Both the position numbers and the translations under genes were made by a program. From contig JALDTO010000146.1 of the NCBI GenBank assembly GCA_023515725.1, positions 806,001 to 870,000 on the forward strand: a DNA stretch of 64,000 bases. The letters are read 5' to 3'. How positions within the stretch are numbered: position 1 is the first letter of the stretch; every line of letters begins with the position of its first letter. This DNA is from Amoeboaphelidium protococcarum X5. Taxonomy: Eukaryota; Fungi; Aphelidiomycota. This document shows positions 23,320 to 37,362 of the stretch, in pieces. The notes beneath the pieces were generated by a model. The model did no database searches. It worked only from the letters and a program-made list of their open reading frames with translations, and had not been told where the DNA came from.

Positions 23320-23965
23320 TTTTAGCACATACAATACAGTGCATAGATGATTATATTGAGCACTTTTTTATGTTTGTTTGACCAAAAAGCATAACTAGAT
23401 GCATTCACCTGAAATCTTGTGATATCTTTGCAGTGATATGCTAGACGTGAAGAGATGATCTTTTCAATCAGCCCATATGATGCGAAATTCTCACCATGTA
23501 GCTTCTCTGCAACATTGCTGAACATACACTGTCTATTTTCAAAATCAGTCACATTAGGATCCCGGCGACAGTCAGCAGAGTCCTTGTTCAATTACAGTTT
23601 AAAGAGGAGGGACGCGTCATAGTCTTGATAGTTTCAAACGACTCAATAGGTGCCACTTAATTCAGATTAATGAGGGCGGCATTGGTGTACTCGGAAATTA
23701 AAGAACATTATCATACTGTGGCTATAGAAAGATTAATTATTAGAAAATTATGAAAAATTCTACAAAACCGTTATAAATGTTCAATCTGTTAGTGGTATCC
23801 AGCTCGATAAAGAATGAGCGATCGATGGAAGCGAGCGCCTTCTCTTAAATCTCCTTTCCATTACGCAACGAAGAGCGGCGACGACGAGTGTTGAAATTTT
23901 TGTTTTACATTTTGTCGGTAATCCACATCGTATTTATTACTCTTTATTATTGTTTATTTTAAGAT

Positions 23966-25351
23966 ATGGTTATTGCTTCAACGTAAAAAGACACTGCGGA
24001 GATGTAGACTAACTAGAACAGAGTGGTGAGAACTTCTGCGAGTAATACCAGCTTGAGCGAGTTACATTAGAGAGCTGTATCTGGCACATCGCTCAAGACT
24101 GCCCATCCGAAGCACTTGCGCCCGTTTAATACAAAGGAGATTAAAGTTTTACTATTGGAGAATATTAGTCAGCTGGCAGTGAATGCTTTCAAGCGCGAAG
24201 GATATTAGTTGGAGTTTCATACGAAAGCCTTACCTGAAGATATTCTAAAGCAGAAGATTGCTGACGTCCATGTCATTGGAATTAGAAGCAAGACGCAGCT
24301 GACTGCAGATGTGCTGAGCCATGCCAAGAACTTGATGGTTATTGGTTGTTTCTGTATAGGCACCAACTAGGTTGATTTGAATTATGCATCTGAGCGTGGT
24401 ATCGCCACATTTAACAGTCCATTTAGTAATAGTCGCTCAGTGGCTGAAATGACTATCAGCAATATTATTGCACTTGCGCGATAGCTTGGGGATAGAAATA
24501 ATGAAATGCACAGAGGTGTGTGGAATAAGGTGTCCGCTGGTTGTTATGAAGTTCGCGGTAAGAAGCTGGGCATTATTGGGTACGGTCATATTGGTAGTTA
24601 GTTGAGTGTTCTCGCCGAGTCTATGGGAATGAATGTCCAGTTTTATGATATCCTGTAGATTATGCCTATTGGTTGTGCCACTTCGATGGATACGCTGGAT
24701 TAGTTGTTGGAGTCTTCTGACTTTATTACGCTGCATGTGCCTGCAACTTCGGAGACTGCGAACATGATCACTGACAGGGAGTTGCGCAAGATGAGGAAGG
24801 GTGCTTATTTGATCAATGCCAGTCGTGGAAATGTTGTTGATGTTGATGCCCTGGCGGCCGCTTTGAAAGATGGTCATATTGGTGGTTGTGCTATTGATGT
24901 TTATCCATCTGAGCCGGCCTCTAATTGCAAGGACTTTGTCTCTGTGCTGCAAAATTGTCCCAATACTCTACTCAGTCCTCACATTGGTGGCTCCACGGAA
25001 GAGGCTTAGGAAGCTATTGGGTAGGAAGTGTCCACTTATCTCATGAAGTATATTGGCACTGGAGGATCATTGGGTGCCGTCAACTTCCCAGAGTGTGATT
25101 TGAGAATGTTGAATGCTGATGAGAAGATGATTCGCGTCTGCTTTGTGCATCATAATGTTCCTGGTGTATTGCAGCAGATCAACAAGATTCTGGGAAGATT
25201 TAACATTGCAAAATAGATTTCCGATTCCAAGGGTGATGTCGCATACCTGATGGCGGATGTCGAAGTTAACGAAGTTTTCGATGACTTGAAAGATATCTAT
25301 GACTCTATCACCGCGATTGATTAGAACATTCTCACCAGATTGCTGCACTGA
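23966..25351 (+). CDS. SER3: D-3-phosphoglycerate dehydrogenase, fungal Ser3/Ser33 type with ACT domain (461 aa)
   Basis: IGIRSKT, GCFCIGTNQVDL (Q=TAG), FNSPFSNSRSVAE, GIIGYGHIGSQL, PHIGGSTEEAQ, HHNVPGVL. Confidence 0.96.
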
Positions 25352-25764
25352 TCATGTATTTCAATGCGCCTGATACGGTATTCATATTCTGTACTTGGTT
25401 TACACATGCAAGTATTCATGACCGTTGCGAGTACGGTTATGTATAATAAAAGCAGTGTATCTAACTATTTTTAACGATTATAAAAAAGTGTGTTTTATTT
25501 CAACTTTCGTCTACTTCGGCTGGTAATCAAGACCTCGATCTCTGCGTCACTGCTATGCATCTTAAAGATCTTTTCATTTTACTTTCACGATAATGCAGCT
25601 GAATCATACTTGGGCTGATGACTTTTTTGTAATATCAAACTAATGCTATTGCAAATTTCTCAGTCGCACCGAATCCATCGAAAAATAATTTATAGGAAAC
25701 TTGGCAATGATACAAAAACATCTATTTCTCTCTCTTTTTATCATCATTATCTTAGTCATCATTA

Positions 25765-26938
25765 TCAACAATTTTACGCCAAATTTACAAAAGCTCTTCC
25801 GTCAGATCCAACGTGAAACGTCATATTAACAAGGTCAGAAGGTACATAGTACTTGACACTCTGATATTTAAAACTGTCCGTCAGCAGAAAAGGCTTGGAG
25901 GTGCAAACAACCATAGCATCATTCTGTGCTTTGTGATATGTTATAACATTGGATAGAAAGGTCAACTTACACATTTCCTATTCCTAAGAGAGAGCAATAT
26001 CCAGGGCATCAATTGAGTCATGCTTCATTTAAGGTGATGACATACTTGGGAGATGAGAGTTGCTGCTATTATTACTTCCAATACCACAAGTTTATCCCAT
26101 CGCATAACTACTAAATCCAAGGTTCAGACCAGCTTTACCGAGCAGTGCAAATGGGACCAAGCGGGACCAGCCATCCTGGTCGTTGTTGCCACTTTGCAGC
26201 ATGTACCAAGACCCTATGAATGGGTGACGACGTTTGATCTCCTTGACAATGTCGTCACATGAGAGCCGGCTCATCAGGTGATGTCTAGCAGCGGAATCAT
26301 GGTACTTGAGTCGAAGTGAAATGGCATGCAGTACTTCTTCAACCACCACGGACACAGTGCGCTATATCAAACTCTCGTGTGTCATTATGACAGGCGGTGG
26401 AATACTTGAAGCTTTGGCTTTGATGTTTCTCAAGGGCGATCGCTAAACTTTGGCCTTTCTGACAGCACCTCCAGCAGCAGCAGCAGTGGTCGTAGATGAA
26501 ATCTACTTTTATCTGGCAATGGATGACTTAGATGACTGTGTAACAGAAGCAGGAACGTTAAATAATTGAGGAGCGGTGGACTCTGGCGGTGCGGACTACC
26601 GGTACTATTGATGATGATGATGACTCTAAACTTTGGGTGCAATCTACATTATAACAGATATCACTTTATTACGAAATGAAAGAATTCAAACTTACAATCA
26701 CTTGCTTCTTCACCACAAACTTGGGCAATTAATCAAACTTTCTACTTTAATGGTTATGATGATGATGAAGCGATGAATCGATCACCTACTATATCTGAGG
26801 CAGCTATACACCATTCATCCTGGACTACTGGGCGGATGACGATCCAGGGACGACAGGCGGCAAGTTTATCATCATCGCTGGAACACTTGAAACGACAGGA
26901 ACGACACCGTCGATAACAGATTTTTGCTGAATCATCAT
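25765..26938 (-). CDS. Hypothetical protein (373 aa), low-complexity N-half and globular C-half; intron 26644-26695
   Basis: Two exons join in frame across GTAAGT...TAG; ends FVNLAQNC-TGA. Confidence 0.65.
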
Positions 26939-27831
26939 TGTTACAGTCGATGTATTATATAACTCGGCTGATCTAATTTAATATATCTATAAGAATAAAA
27001 TGGAGGTTTTAAATGTGTGCAGATTTATACTAGCGATAGTGTCTTCTTGTAAGAGAAGAAGAGAGGGAGTGTGTGCAAGTTGGGTAAGTTTCCCATTCTC
27101 AGAGTGTGCGTGTACGCTCTCTGCTCATTGTTTGTTTGCTCCCGATCATGTTTCTTTGGCTCACGCGACATTACACAACGGGGCCGGCCGTTTCACCGAT
27201 CATCGTCAATGAAAGTCATGCCGAGGGAACGGTTCTCGGTGCCGTGAAACACTTACGACTGTCGGCCCTGACTTATTGAACATTTCCGATGTTTCTGTTG
27301 CTTAGCATTATAAAAGTTGATCTGGATAATTTCTCCAACCTCATGAGGTCCCTATCAATAGAAACTTTCATTGTTTTCTCTCTCTCTTCTCTAATAAATC
27401 GATGAGTGATGATGCAAGTATGAAAGATGCCAATTTCTTGCGAGTGTTTAGCCGGAATTTTAGTCAGACTGAGTCAACTCGACCCTGTTACCGTTTAAGC
27501 GGACAGAAATAGGGAAGAAAGCGTCTGAGGGTTGATTGCTTTGAAACAATACTTTTTTCTTCCATATTATCTGTTGAGCGTAAGTTCTGGAGACGAGCAG
27601 CTTAAGATTATCAGGTGCCATGCGTACATTTACATTTGTCTTGCGCTTATTTGATTTTACACAGTATGAAGAATCAAGTTAACACTCCTATATTGCCGCC
27701 ATGGCACGGTACAAAGTGATGATCATTGAATTTTTATAATTAGACTCTTCTTCATTTTTAACTTTGACGTAGAGTCGTACATCGTAATTGCAATCAAACT
27801 TGCTTAGATTTAAATCAGAATAATAAGAAGC

Positions 27832-28554
27832 ATGCCTGTAGATGAAATAAAAGTTGATCACCTGGTGAATGTTGAACTGCAATAGTTGGGTGTTTAGTAG
27901 ATAAGACCTACATCATTGAAGGATGATGAGGATACAGCAGTCGCCTAAACAGATTCCCACTAGAAAAACAAGTCAATTTTCGAGATATATTGGTAGAAAA
28001 TACTGGCAAAATATCCTCCGCACGAAAAAGATGTCTTTTAGATTCCAATACGCCATCCATATCCCGAGAGTTGGGTTAATCTGCCGTTTCTGATAGTCGG
28101 TGCTTTCACCACCATCACTGGTTTATTCTTCATCGTCTTCAACTCAAGTCCTGACGTCAAGATCTTACCTCAGTCTGTGGGCGCGTCGGTCGTGTTGTTT
28201 TTCTGCGCGCCAAATACCGCTCTGACTTAACCGAAGAATGCCGTTGTCGGGCAGTTGATAGGCGCATTCTGTGGTATTGCTGCTCGTAATATGGTACCTT
28301 CAACTGATCTGAATTGGCTATCTGGCAGCATCGCCGTCACTCTCACTTGTATAATAACGTATCTCACAAACACAATTTATCCGCCTGCTGGTGCCACTGC
28401 TTTAAACGCGAGTACTCTTGCTGTTCTGCCTAGGTGGAGCGGCTTCTTTTACCTGTTCGTACCAGCTCTTCTTATGGAAATGTTCATGTTGATCATGTGT
28501 CTCCTCATCAATAATTTATCACCACACCGCCATTACCCGAATTATTGGTTATGA
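27832..28554 (+). CDS. HPP-family membrane protein (240 aa)
   Basis: SVGASVVLFFCAPNTALTQPKNAVVGQ (first Q=TAA), TIYPPAGATAL, C-terminal NNL...YPNYW. Confidence 0.88.
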
Positions 28555-28780
28555 ACGAATGAATGCTTTACACTAGATATATATTCCGCCATTATTTTTT
28601 AATTCTCTTCAAACAGTACATATAGATATGATTACGAACTTTATCTCACTTTCTTTTGAAGGCAGGTGACCGGGCGAGATATTTCTGATTTTTCTTCCCG
28701 CCGTTCGCTGAGCCGCTGCAAGGCATTCTATTAATTCAATAGTACGTAATAGTAGTAAACTAACCTCTAGGCACCGTAAT

Positions 28781-31012
28781 ATGCAGAAAAGGCTTTCGCT
28801 TTTAAATAAGCTTCACCGTGGAAGTCTCGCTAGATTCTAGTCTACAGTTAAGGATGCTCCTCCACAGATGATTGAGGTGTTCGTGGACGGAAAGTCTGTG
28901 AAAGTGCATCCTGGTTCCGCTCTGATTTAGGCTTGTGAAAAGGCTGGAGCTGTCATTCCGAGATTTTGTTATCATGAGAGACTGGCCGTTGCAGGTAATT
29001 GTAGAATGTGTCTGGTAGAGGTGGAGAAAGTACCGAAGCCTGTCGCTTCCTGTGCTTACCCCATCATGAACGGGATGAAAGTGTTCACCAACACTCCGAT
29101 GGTTCACAAGGCAAGGGAGGGGATCATGGAATTTCTGCTCAGCAATCATCCACTCGACTGCCCTATTTGTGATCAAGGCGGTGAATGTGATCTGCAGGAT
29201 TAGAGCATCAGGTACGGAAGTGATCGCGGTAGGTTCCGTGAGGTAGACGGTAAGCGCGCCGTTGAGGACAAAGATTTCGGTCCTCTGGTGAAGACGTCCA
29301 TGAATAGATGTATTCACTGCACTCGCTGCGTTAGATTCGCTAATGAAGTGGCTGGAGCTGAAGAGCTAGGAACTTCTGGTAGAGGTAACTAGATGTAGAT
29401 TGGCACTTACATTGAGAAGACGATCAACTCTGAAATGTCTGGCAATATCATTGACCTGTGTCCAGTCGGTGCGCTCACATCCAAGTCTTATGAATTCAAG
29501 TCCAGGCCATGGGAATTGAAGAAGACTGAAAGTGTCGATGTCTTAGATGCTCTTGGTAGTAATATTCGCGTGGACTCGAGAGGTACGGAGGTGTTGAGAA
29601 TATTGCCGCGCACCAATGATGATATCAACGAGGAGTGGATCAATGACAAGACTCGGTTTGCCTATGATGGTCTGAAGAGGTAGAGATTAACGGCCCCGCT
29701 TGTTAAATAGGCAGATGGTTCATTCTAGTAGGTTACGTGGAAGAATGCCTTGCAATTGGTGGCTGATAAGTTAAAGTCGGTGAAGCCTGCTCAGATTACT
29801 GCGGTGGCTGGTTAATTGGCAGACGCTGAATCGATGCTGTCCCTAAAGGACCTTTTGTCGTAGTTTGGATCTAACAATTTCAGACTTGATGGATAGCATT
29901 TGCAGCAGGATACTATGCCTGGTTGGAGCGCTGATCTTAGAAGCAATTATCTATTTAACAGCTTGATTAAGAATGTTGAACTTGCTGATGCCATTCTATT
30001 GATCGGTTGTAATCCTAGACACGAAGCTGCGGGACTTAATGTGCGCATTAGAAAGAACTGGCTGAGATATACTTTGCAGGTTGGTCTGATTGGACCTCAA
30101 GTGGATTTGACTTACGACTATGATCATATTGGCAAGTCACTGAATTCGCTTAGCTCTTTGGAGAAGCACAAGTTTTTCAGCACTTTATCCAAGGCACAGA
30201 AGCCAATGATAGTTATGGGTAGTTCTGTCATGGATAGAGCTGATACATCAGCAGTGTTGTAGCAAGTGGCAACTTTGTCAAAGAAGATTCCTAATCTTGT
30301 TACTGAGCAATGGAATGGATTTAATGTTCTATGGAGAAATGCATCTAGTGCCGGTGCTGCGGATATTGGATTCGTTCCTAATCACAAATCCACGCCTCTG
30401 AGTGAAAGTAAGTTGGTGTATCTGTTGAATGCTGATCAGCTGCCTCCTAAATCAATCCCGAAAGATGCATTTGTCATTTATCAGGGGCATCACGGTGATG
30501 AGGGTGCTGCACTGGCTGATGTTGTTCTACCTGGGTTTGCATATACCGAAAAGTCTGCGGAGTACGTCAACACTGAAGGCCGTCCATAGATGACAAAGGC
30601 TGCGATTAACGCTTTAGGAAGCGCTAAAGAGGACTGGAAGATCGTGAGGGCTCTGTCTGAAATTGCCGGAAAACCATTGCCATATGATGAGTATTATTCT
30701 CTGAGAGATCGCCTGAGAGAAGTCGCGCCACATATGGTGAATTACGGTCTGGTGGAGTAGAGCACTTTCGGTGAGCTGTCATTGGATTCGTGGAAGGAAT
30801 TGGCTGGCAAGAGCAAATTATCTTCTGATGATATCCAGCTGCCTATCTAGGACTTTTACATGACTGATGTTATTAGCCGTTCCAGTATGACCATGGCTAA
30901 ATGCAGTGTGGCATTTACTTAAGGCAGAAGTGTAGGCTAGAAGAATCACGGCAAGTTGGAGAGTGCTGGCTAGTCTTAACAATAGCAGTAATAGTAGTCT
31001 CAGTAACTCTGA
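28781..31012 (+). CDS. NDUFS1: NADH:ubiquinone oxidoreductase 75 kDa Fe-S subunit (743 aa)
   Basis: [43 protein letters not shown] (last Q=TAG), [22 protein letters not shown]. Confidence 0.98.
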
Positions 31013-31055
31013 ATTAAATAAAAGAAGAAGATTTCCTGAGGAGTTTTATATTTAT

Positions 31056-32456
31056 TCATCTATTCACTTGTTCATTGATCAACTCAGATTAAACTTCAGC
31101 GATACCACCACCAGTGCTTATAATCTTGGATCGAATAACCGCATCTTCGCCACCAGATACCATAATACCGTGATTCCAGTCAACGCTGTACACTTTATCA
31201 ACATTGTCCAAATTACCAGAAGTCTGAACATGATCATTTGATCCAGAGTGGAACACAGAGAGCGCAGATCTACTCCGAACATCCCAAAGCTTGACCGATC
31301 CATCATAAGATGAACTTGCAAAATTGTACTGAGTGGATTGATTCCATTTAACACTGCTAACCCAGCTAGAGTGAGCACGGCTCATCTTGACGATCTAAGT
31401 ATACTCGTCCTAGTCACCGCTACTCTAACCCCAAACGCGGATGTCTCCATTACTACAGCCGGCTACCAACATACCAGACACTGGATGCACATCAGCACAC
31501 AGGACAGAGTGATCGCAATTAATAATCTGCTACGCACTCTGAATCTCCAAGTCCCAGATTCGTATCGTGTTATCTATACTAGCAGATACAATCTTGCCAG
31601 CATTGCGACCAGACATAAACTTTAGACCGACCACTGCTCCAGTATGACCATCCAGATTCAATATAGGACGAGCAACTGGTACAGAATCAATTTTCTACTT
31701 TTTGGCATTATCGCCACTTGGATTCTCCGAAGACACTTCGACAGAGGATGGAACCTCATAAATGCTTAACGAACCAGAGAATTACCCAACAGCAATAGAT
31801 TTACCATCAAGACTGAACGCTAGACTTTCAATTGAAACTGACAATGGACCAATTTAACCACATAGCTACAAATCGGAGCCATTGTACGCGTAAATCCTAA
31901 CTAATCTGTCCAAAGACCCGGTGGCAATCAAGACTTCACTATCTCCAGAGACAGTAGAATCCTGAGCCTGATAGATACATAACGCTTTGATGGCCATTTA
32001 CGCGTCTTTAGTCGATGCTTTGAGTCTCAGATTGCCATCAGAGCCTCTCGATAGAATATTAAGCGAGCCATCAAAAGAAGTGGATACTATCAAGTCTTTT
32101 GATAGGATTTAAACGCGACTTATCCAATCATCCATCGTAATCTCTGATGCGCCATTCTCTCCGCCAGACTGTAAACCATATACAACGGTAATTTTGATTG
32201 TATTCTCCAGCGAAAGCTAATTCTTGAGTATATAAGACTATAGCGTGGTATTCAAGAGGGTACCATCAATGAGAAACTAAAATTGTACAGATTAATTGTT
32301 ATCAGAAGACTAGAGCAAGTGTTTAACAACCTGATTCAATCCAGCGGGACCAACTTCAGTAGGAACGCGTAAAGGTAACTGCGGAATGCCTGCAACCTCT
32401 TGACTTTCAAACACAATTTACACCGCCTTCTAGTTACTGTTGATACTTTCACTCAT
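31056..32456 (-). CDS. YTM1: Ytm1/WDR12 ribosome biogenesis protein (NLE domain plus WD40 repeats, 466 aa)
   Basis: N-terminal FQFLIDGTLLNTTL...SLENTIKI, DDWISRV, AHSSWVSSVKW, SSSYDGSVKLWDVRS. Confidence 0.88.
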
Positions 32457-33076
32457 ACTTATACTTTTTAATTTAATTTAATTAAAATTACTGCATATAT
32501 ATTAGAATTATATTTTTAATACAGAGAGAGCAAAAGGGGATTTGAATCTTTTTTCATCTTTTTCAGTTTCAAATCTCGATTTCTACCGCTTTAAGATCAA
32601 CTGCAGAGGCATCGTTTGCAGTCCTTTGTGGTTACTCCAGACGTAAAGTATTCAAATTTTCCAAATGATTCATTTTTGAAACGATGCAAATTGTTCAAGT
32701 TTATTAATCCGCATGAGATCAACCAGTAATAGTAATAAAGGAAGATGTGATTACAATACAATGTACCGCCGCCGCTTTTCATGCTCTGTTGATCGCGCGC
32801 GTTGATTTATGAATCTTTTCGTCGCGTTGTCGTTCCGCTGGGAAATTGTTCGTTCGTTCGCTTCGTTCGTCGGCGGTTTGGCGGTGGAGAGTTTACCGTA
32901 TCTGTGGCAAAATCGTCTGTTCATCTACTATTATCTGTTCAAGTGTATCATCGCCACATCTTCATTTGGCCGAGTTGCTTTGGAGAGTTCTCTTATTAAT
33001 TTCGCTCTTTGAATCTATCAAGATTTATATATTCTACATCGGTATATTGACAACTCTAGGAAATTAGTGAAATTAT

Positions 33077-35119
33077 ATGAGCTCAAGCGTATAGCCGAAA
33101 GGTGTGTTAATAAGACAAGATTCGGAAGATGTTAGAAGTGAGTAGTACGATATGGTCGCTCCCCTTCCCACGACTGCCGCTAGTTAGTTGGTATCTCAGT
33201 ACTCCTAATCTACGCCCAGTGGTGGTACTTCGCATTCGAATTATACTATTGGATAGAGTAATACATCTGGTTCTGCTGTGTAAGGAGCGGGTGTCGCTGG
33301 TCAGTAGTCATCTATTTAGCCGAGTACTAGTTCTGGTGGTCTCTTTCAGTCAATGATGTCCGTCGGTGCCATCAGTGTTAAGAGTAATGCTCCATCTAGT
33401 GCATCAACTAGTCGACAAGCATCATAAATGTCCGTTGACAGTGCTACATAGTAGGAACCACCGTATTCGCTTCATATCGAGGACTACCAGGTGCAGAAAG
33501 TGATCGGATTTGGCTCATCAGCCTCGGTACATGTCGCCGTGTACAAACCTTTGAACAAGTAGGTGGCGATTAAAGTTATTGAACTGGATTAGTTTGAGCG
33601 AAATCAGATTGATGAGTTGCGCAAAGAGTTACAGGTTATGACACTGTCTAGACATCCGAATTTGCTCCCGGTGAAGGGATCTTTTGTGGTGGAGAGTAAG
33701 CTATACATCGTAACGCCGTTGTGCTATGCTGGCTCATGTCTTGATATAATGAAGTGTGCATTCACTGATGGTCTGGATGAAGGCGCCATCTCTTGTATTC
33801 TCAAGTAGGCCCTGTAAGGATTGGAGTATCTACACAAGACGGGACTTATACACAGAGACGTGAAATCTGGTAATCTTTTGATGGAGGAGGATGGGACGGT
33901 GCGGCTTGCAGATTTTGGAGTATCCGCCTCTCTATATGATGTTGGTGATCGAGGAAAGTTGAGAAAGACCTTTGTGGGGACACCTTGTTGGATATCACCA
34001 GAAATTGTGTAGCAGACTGGTTATAATTAAAAGACTGACATATGGTCTTTTGGTATCACTGCGCTGGAACTGGCTCATGGCCGAGCACCATTCTCCAAGT
34101 TTCCGCCAATGAAGGTGTTAATGATGACCTTATAGAATGATCCTCCGACCCTGGATAGAAACAATAGCAAGCGAAAGTTTACAAGGACGTTCAAAGATAT
34201 GATTGACTCTTGTCTCATCAAAGACCCGGCCAAGAGACCATCTTCTGATAAATTGCTGCAGCATTCCTTTTTCAGGCATGCCAAGAAGAAGCAGTATCTG
34301 GTGGATATGATCATAAGTAAAATCCCTCCTGTTGTAGATCGCCCGCATAAAGAGCCCAAAGTTGTGATGCAGGAGTAGATGGAGGAGTAGAGTTGGGATT
34401 TTGATGATGTTGATGTTGCCAAGTTGACTCTTGGCAAAGATGAGATTTATAGTGATGGATCGAATGAAGTGAGTCCATACGCATCTGATGAAGCTCTGAG
34501 TTCTGGTGCGCAATCACGCGATAGGAGTGCAAGCAGCGTGCGAGGTCAAGCTCAAGATTTTGTAATGTCCCCGAGTGGTGGTGGTGGTGGTGCTGGTGCT
34601 GGTTCTGAAGCTCAGACTCCGGCATCAACTCAGTAGTAAAAGAAGGGAAGATTTGTGGTGGATGTCCCCTCTCAGCAACACTCTGCTTCTCAACAGCATC
34701 ATCATCATTAGAGTAGTTCCGTTGCTAGTTCTGCCCGTGATGGTGATGGATTCGGTGGTGTTTTATCATAAGCGAGTTCTTATCCAGCATCTGCCAAGTA
34801 ATCCATAAGCAGTTCTGTTGGCCATGCATCAGCTGTAGGCCTGGGACTGATGAATGCAGAAGACAATGCAAATGGAGATGGAAATCGACACCAGTTGCCT
34901 TCTCAGGAACATCATCATCAGCAGCAGCAGCAGTCATCAGCGTAATAATAACCGTAACAGTAGTAGTAACAAAATGCAACTGTTATGCATCCCAATTCAA
35001 CTGCTCCTTCAGCTTCTGAGGTAAAGAAGGGCCGATTCTCTGTGATTAAAGACACGATCAAGGACACGATTAAAGACAGTCTTTTGAGTAGCGGAAGTGG
35101 CGGCCATAATGCTAAATGA
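33077..35119 (+). CDS. STE20-family kinase, OSR1/SPAK (Fray)-like (680 aa)
   Basis: [67 protein letters not shown]; Gln/Ser-rich flanks. Confidence 0.92.
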
Positions 35120-35428
35120 CTATGACAATTTAAATATATTTTATTGATAAATTGCTTAATAGTTGGTATATCTATCTTTGTCGATATCAATTGCCATCAC
35201 TGCACTATAATTGAAAGATGCTTCTTCTGTTTCAGCAATGTCAGCCACACTTCGATCTCTTTCTCACTCTCTCTTCGTCTCTCTCTCTCTGTTACGGTCG
35301 CTGAGTTTTCATCGCTCATTCTCACTGAAGAACTGTGCGGAATCGCTTTGTTTCAAGCCGACTTTTAATTTTACACACTCTTTCATAACGTTGTATCAAT
35401 CAAATAAAAGTTATAAATCAAGTTCAAA

Positions 35429-36072
35429 ATGGCTACCATTTCTGTAAGTCTCTACTGTCCGGTAGCGAACTATATCTTATCGCTGTATATGTACTTTGTA
35501 GGAGAATAGAAAAGAAATCGAGGCTGCTTACTAGGATGTTCGGTAAGTTGTGAATGTTCTTTAGTCAGTGTTACATGATGTTGTACGCTGTGTATATTGG
35601 CTTGTAGTGATGATAAGACTCCTACCACCTTTGTCATCCTTGAGTATGTTGAGGGCAAGGAGCAGTTGAAGGTTGCTCAGAAAGGTATGTCTTGATACTG
35701 TCCTGTCCTGTCTCTTCTCAAACTCACATTACTCTGTAATTCATTTTCAAATGTACTGTAGGTTCAGGTGACTGGAAAGAGGTTGTGTCCCATCTCAAGG
35801 AGGACCAGGCTCAGTTCGCTTTTGTCCGTTATGTCTACTCCAATGACCCAATGTCTCACCGTGCAAAGTTTGTGTTCGTCGCTTGGTGTGGTCCGCAGGT
35901 GAAGGTTATGCGCAAGGCCAAGTTGACTGTGCAGATTGCCGATGTCAAGACTGTGTTCAAGAACTTTGCTGTTGAAGTGCAGACTGGCGATCTGGAGGAT
36001 CTTGAGGAGGGCAAGGTGTTGAAGTTGATCAAGAAGGCTGGTGGTGCTTCTTATGATGGTCAGGCATCTTGA
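35429..36072 (+). CDS. COTL1: Coactosin-like ADF-H actin-binding protein (147 aa); introns 35444-35501, 35543-35607, 35685-35761
   Basis: Four exons sum to 444 nt; AAYQDVRDDKT...RAKFVFVAWCGPQVKVMRKAK...KKAGGASYD. Confidence 0.9.
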
Positions 36073-36297
36073 ATATGCATGCTCCTCCGATGATTGAGAA
36101 ATTGCTGGATTTGAAGGAATTTAAACTAGCTAATTGGTGTTAAAGGTGATAGGATGAATGGATCAACGAAAAATTAAAGGGAGATTTTAGTTGAACTTAG
36201 ATTCTTTTAATATTCTCTCCTTGTGTTCCACTATCTTTTTAACGGTGTTCAAATCTTTTTCAAATAAAATAGCCATAAACTTTCAACTACAGTAACA

Positions 36298-37212
36298 ATG
36301 TCTGTGTGGATAGATTGGGAGAAGCTTATTGAAGATCGCTGTAAATGGAATAATGAATTGAGGGAGACTTTGCAATAAGAGTTAAATACTCGATTCTCCT
36401 CATAGACTGATATGCTGGCTGATGTTGAAATAGAAGAGTTTGAAATTGGATAGTCGGCACCTATCATATAATTGCACGATATTGCTGATATTTTAGCCTT
36501 GACTATGGAGCGACAGAGCAATGATATATAATAGTCAATAGATCCACTCCGGCAATCGATGATTATTGAGGAAGAATCACATGATGATGATAATGATGAT
36601 GAATTAAGTTTATCGTCATCTTCCACTGCAGAGAGGGGCAATAGCGTCGCTAAACTATTGTAATCGACAGCTATTGTGTTTTCAGTGCAGTATGGCTTAC
36701 TGGATGAAGAGTATGTTCATACTGGATTTCGCATAAAGTTCGGTGCTGCATTAAATCTTAATTATCCGACTGAGCGATTCTTATAACTGCCTCTGTAGAT
36801 TACAATAAAAAATGTTAGAATTGATGCCAGAATTGCGATGTCTGCAGACAAGCTTGAAGTTCAGGCGAAGAGTGATGAAGAATTGTAGCGTCTGATACAA
36901 TACGACATTGAAATTGATATTGGAGATGCTGATAATGGCGGTGGCAAATAGCTGCGAAATGTACATAAAGTTGAAATGTTCATCAAAGAGCAAGTGAGGT
37001 AATTATTGATGGATTATTTGGTGTCGCCCAACTTTGTCACATTGCCGTTCGTTGATTAGATGATGAAGCGCGATTTGGATTCCACATTGGCGAGTGATGT
37101 ATCATTTCACGTTCATCAATCGACTGGTAGTGAAGAGTTTTTGTATGGTGATAATGATGTGCTATCATCCAATACCTTACGGCAGCGAAATGATTACTCT
37201 GCAATAGACTGA
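36298..37212 (+). CDS. MDM12: ERMES subunit Mdm12 (SMP domain, 304 aa)
   Basis: MSVWIDWEKL, FEIGQSAPIIQLHDIAD, LNLNYPTERFLQLPL, LRNVHKVEMFIKEQVRQLLMDYLVSPNF. Confidence 0.85.
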
Positions 37213-37362
37213 AGTTTGTATTGATTTGTGTGAAGATATTCTGTCTATAACTTCCTTACTTACATCGCGTTACCATGGTATCATGAACTGAATTGAACTT
37301 CTTCGTTACTTCGTAACACTTTTATCTTCATGTCCTAGTAATGTCACCCTGCATTCTATCAA

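Noticed and set aside
23322-23591. 89-aa minus-strand ORF after eIF4E
   Set aside because: No upstream in-frame ATG before a TGA and no motif; not supportable.
27402-27868. Possible two-exon ORF upstream of the HPP gene
   Set aside because: Weak splice donor, no recognisable domain, and it would overlap the HPP start.
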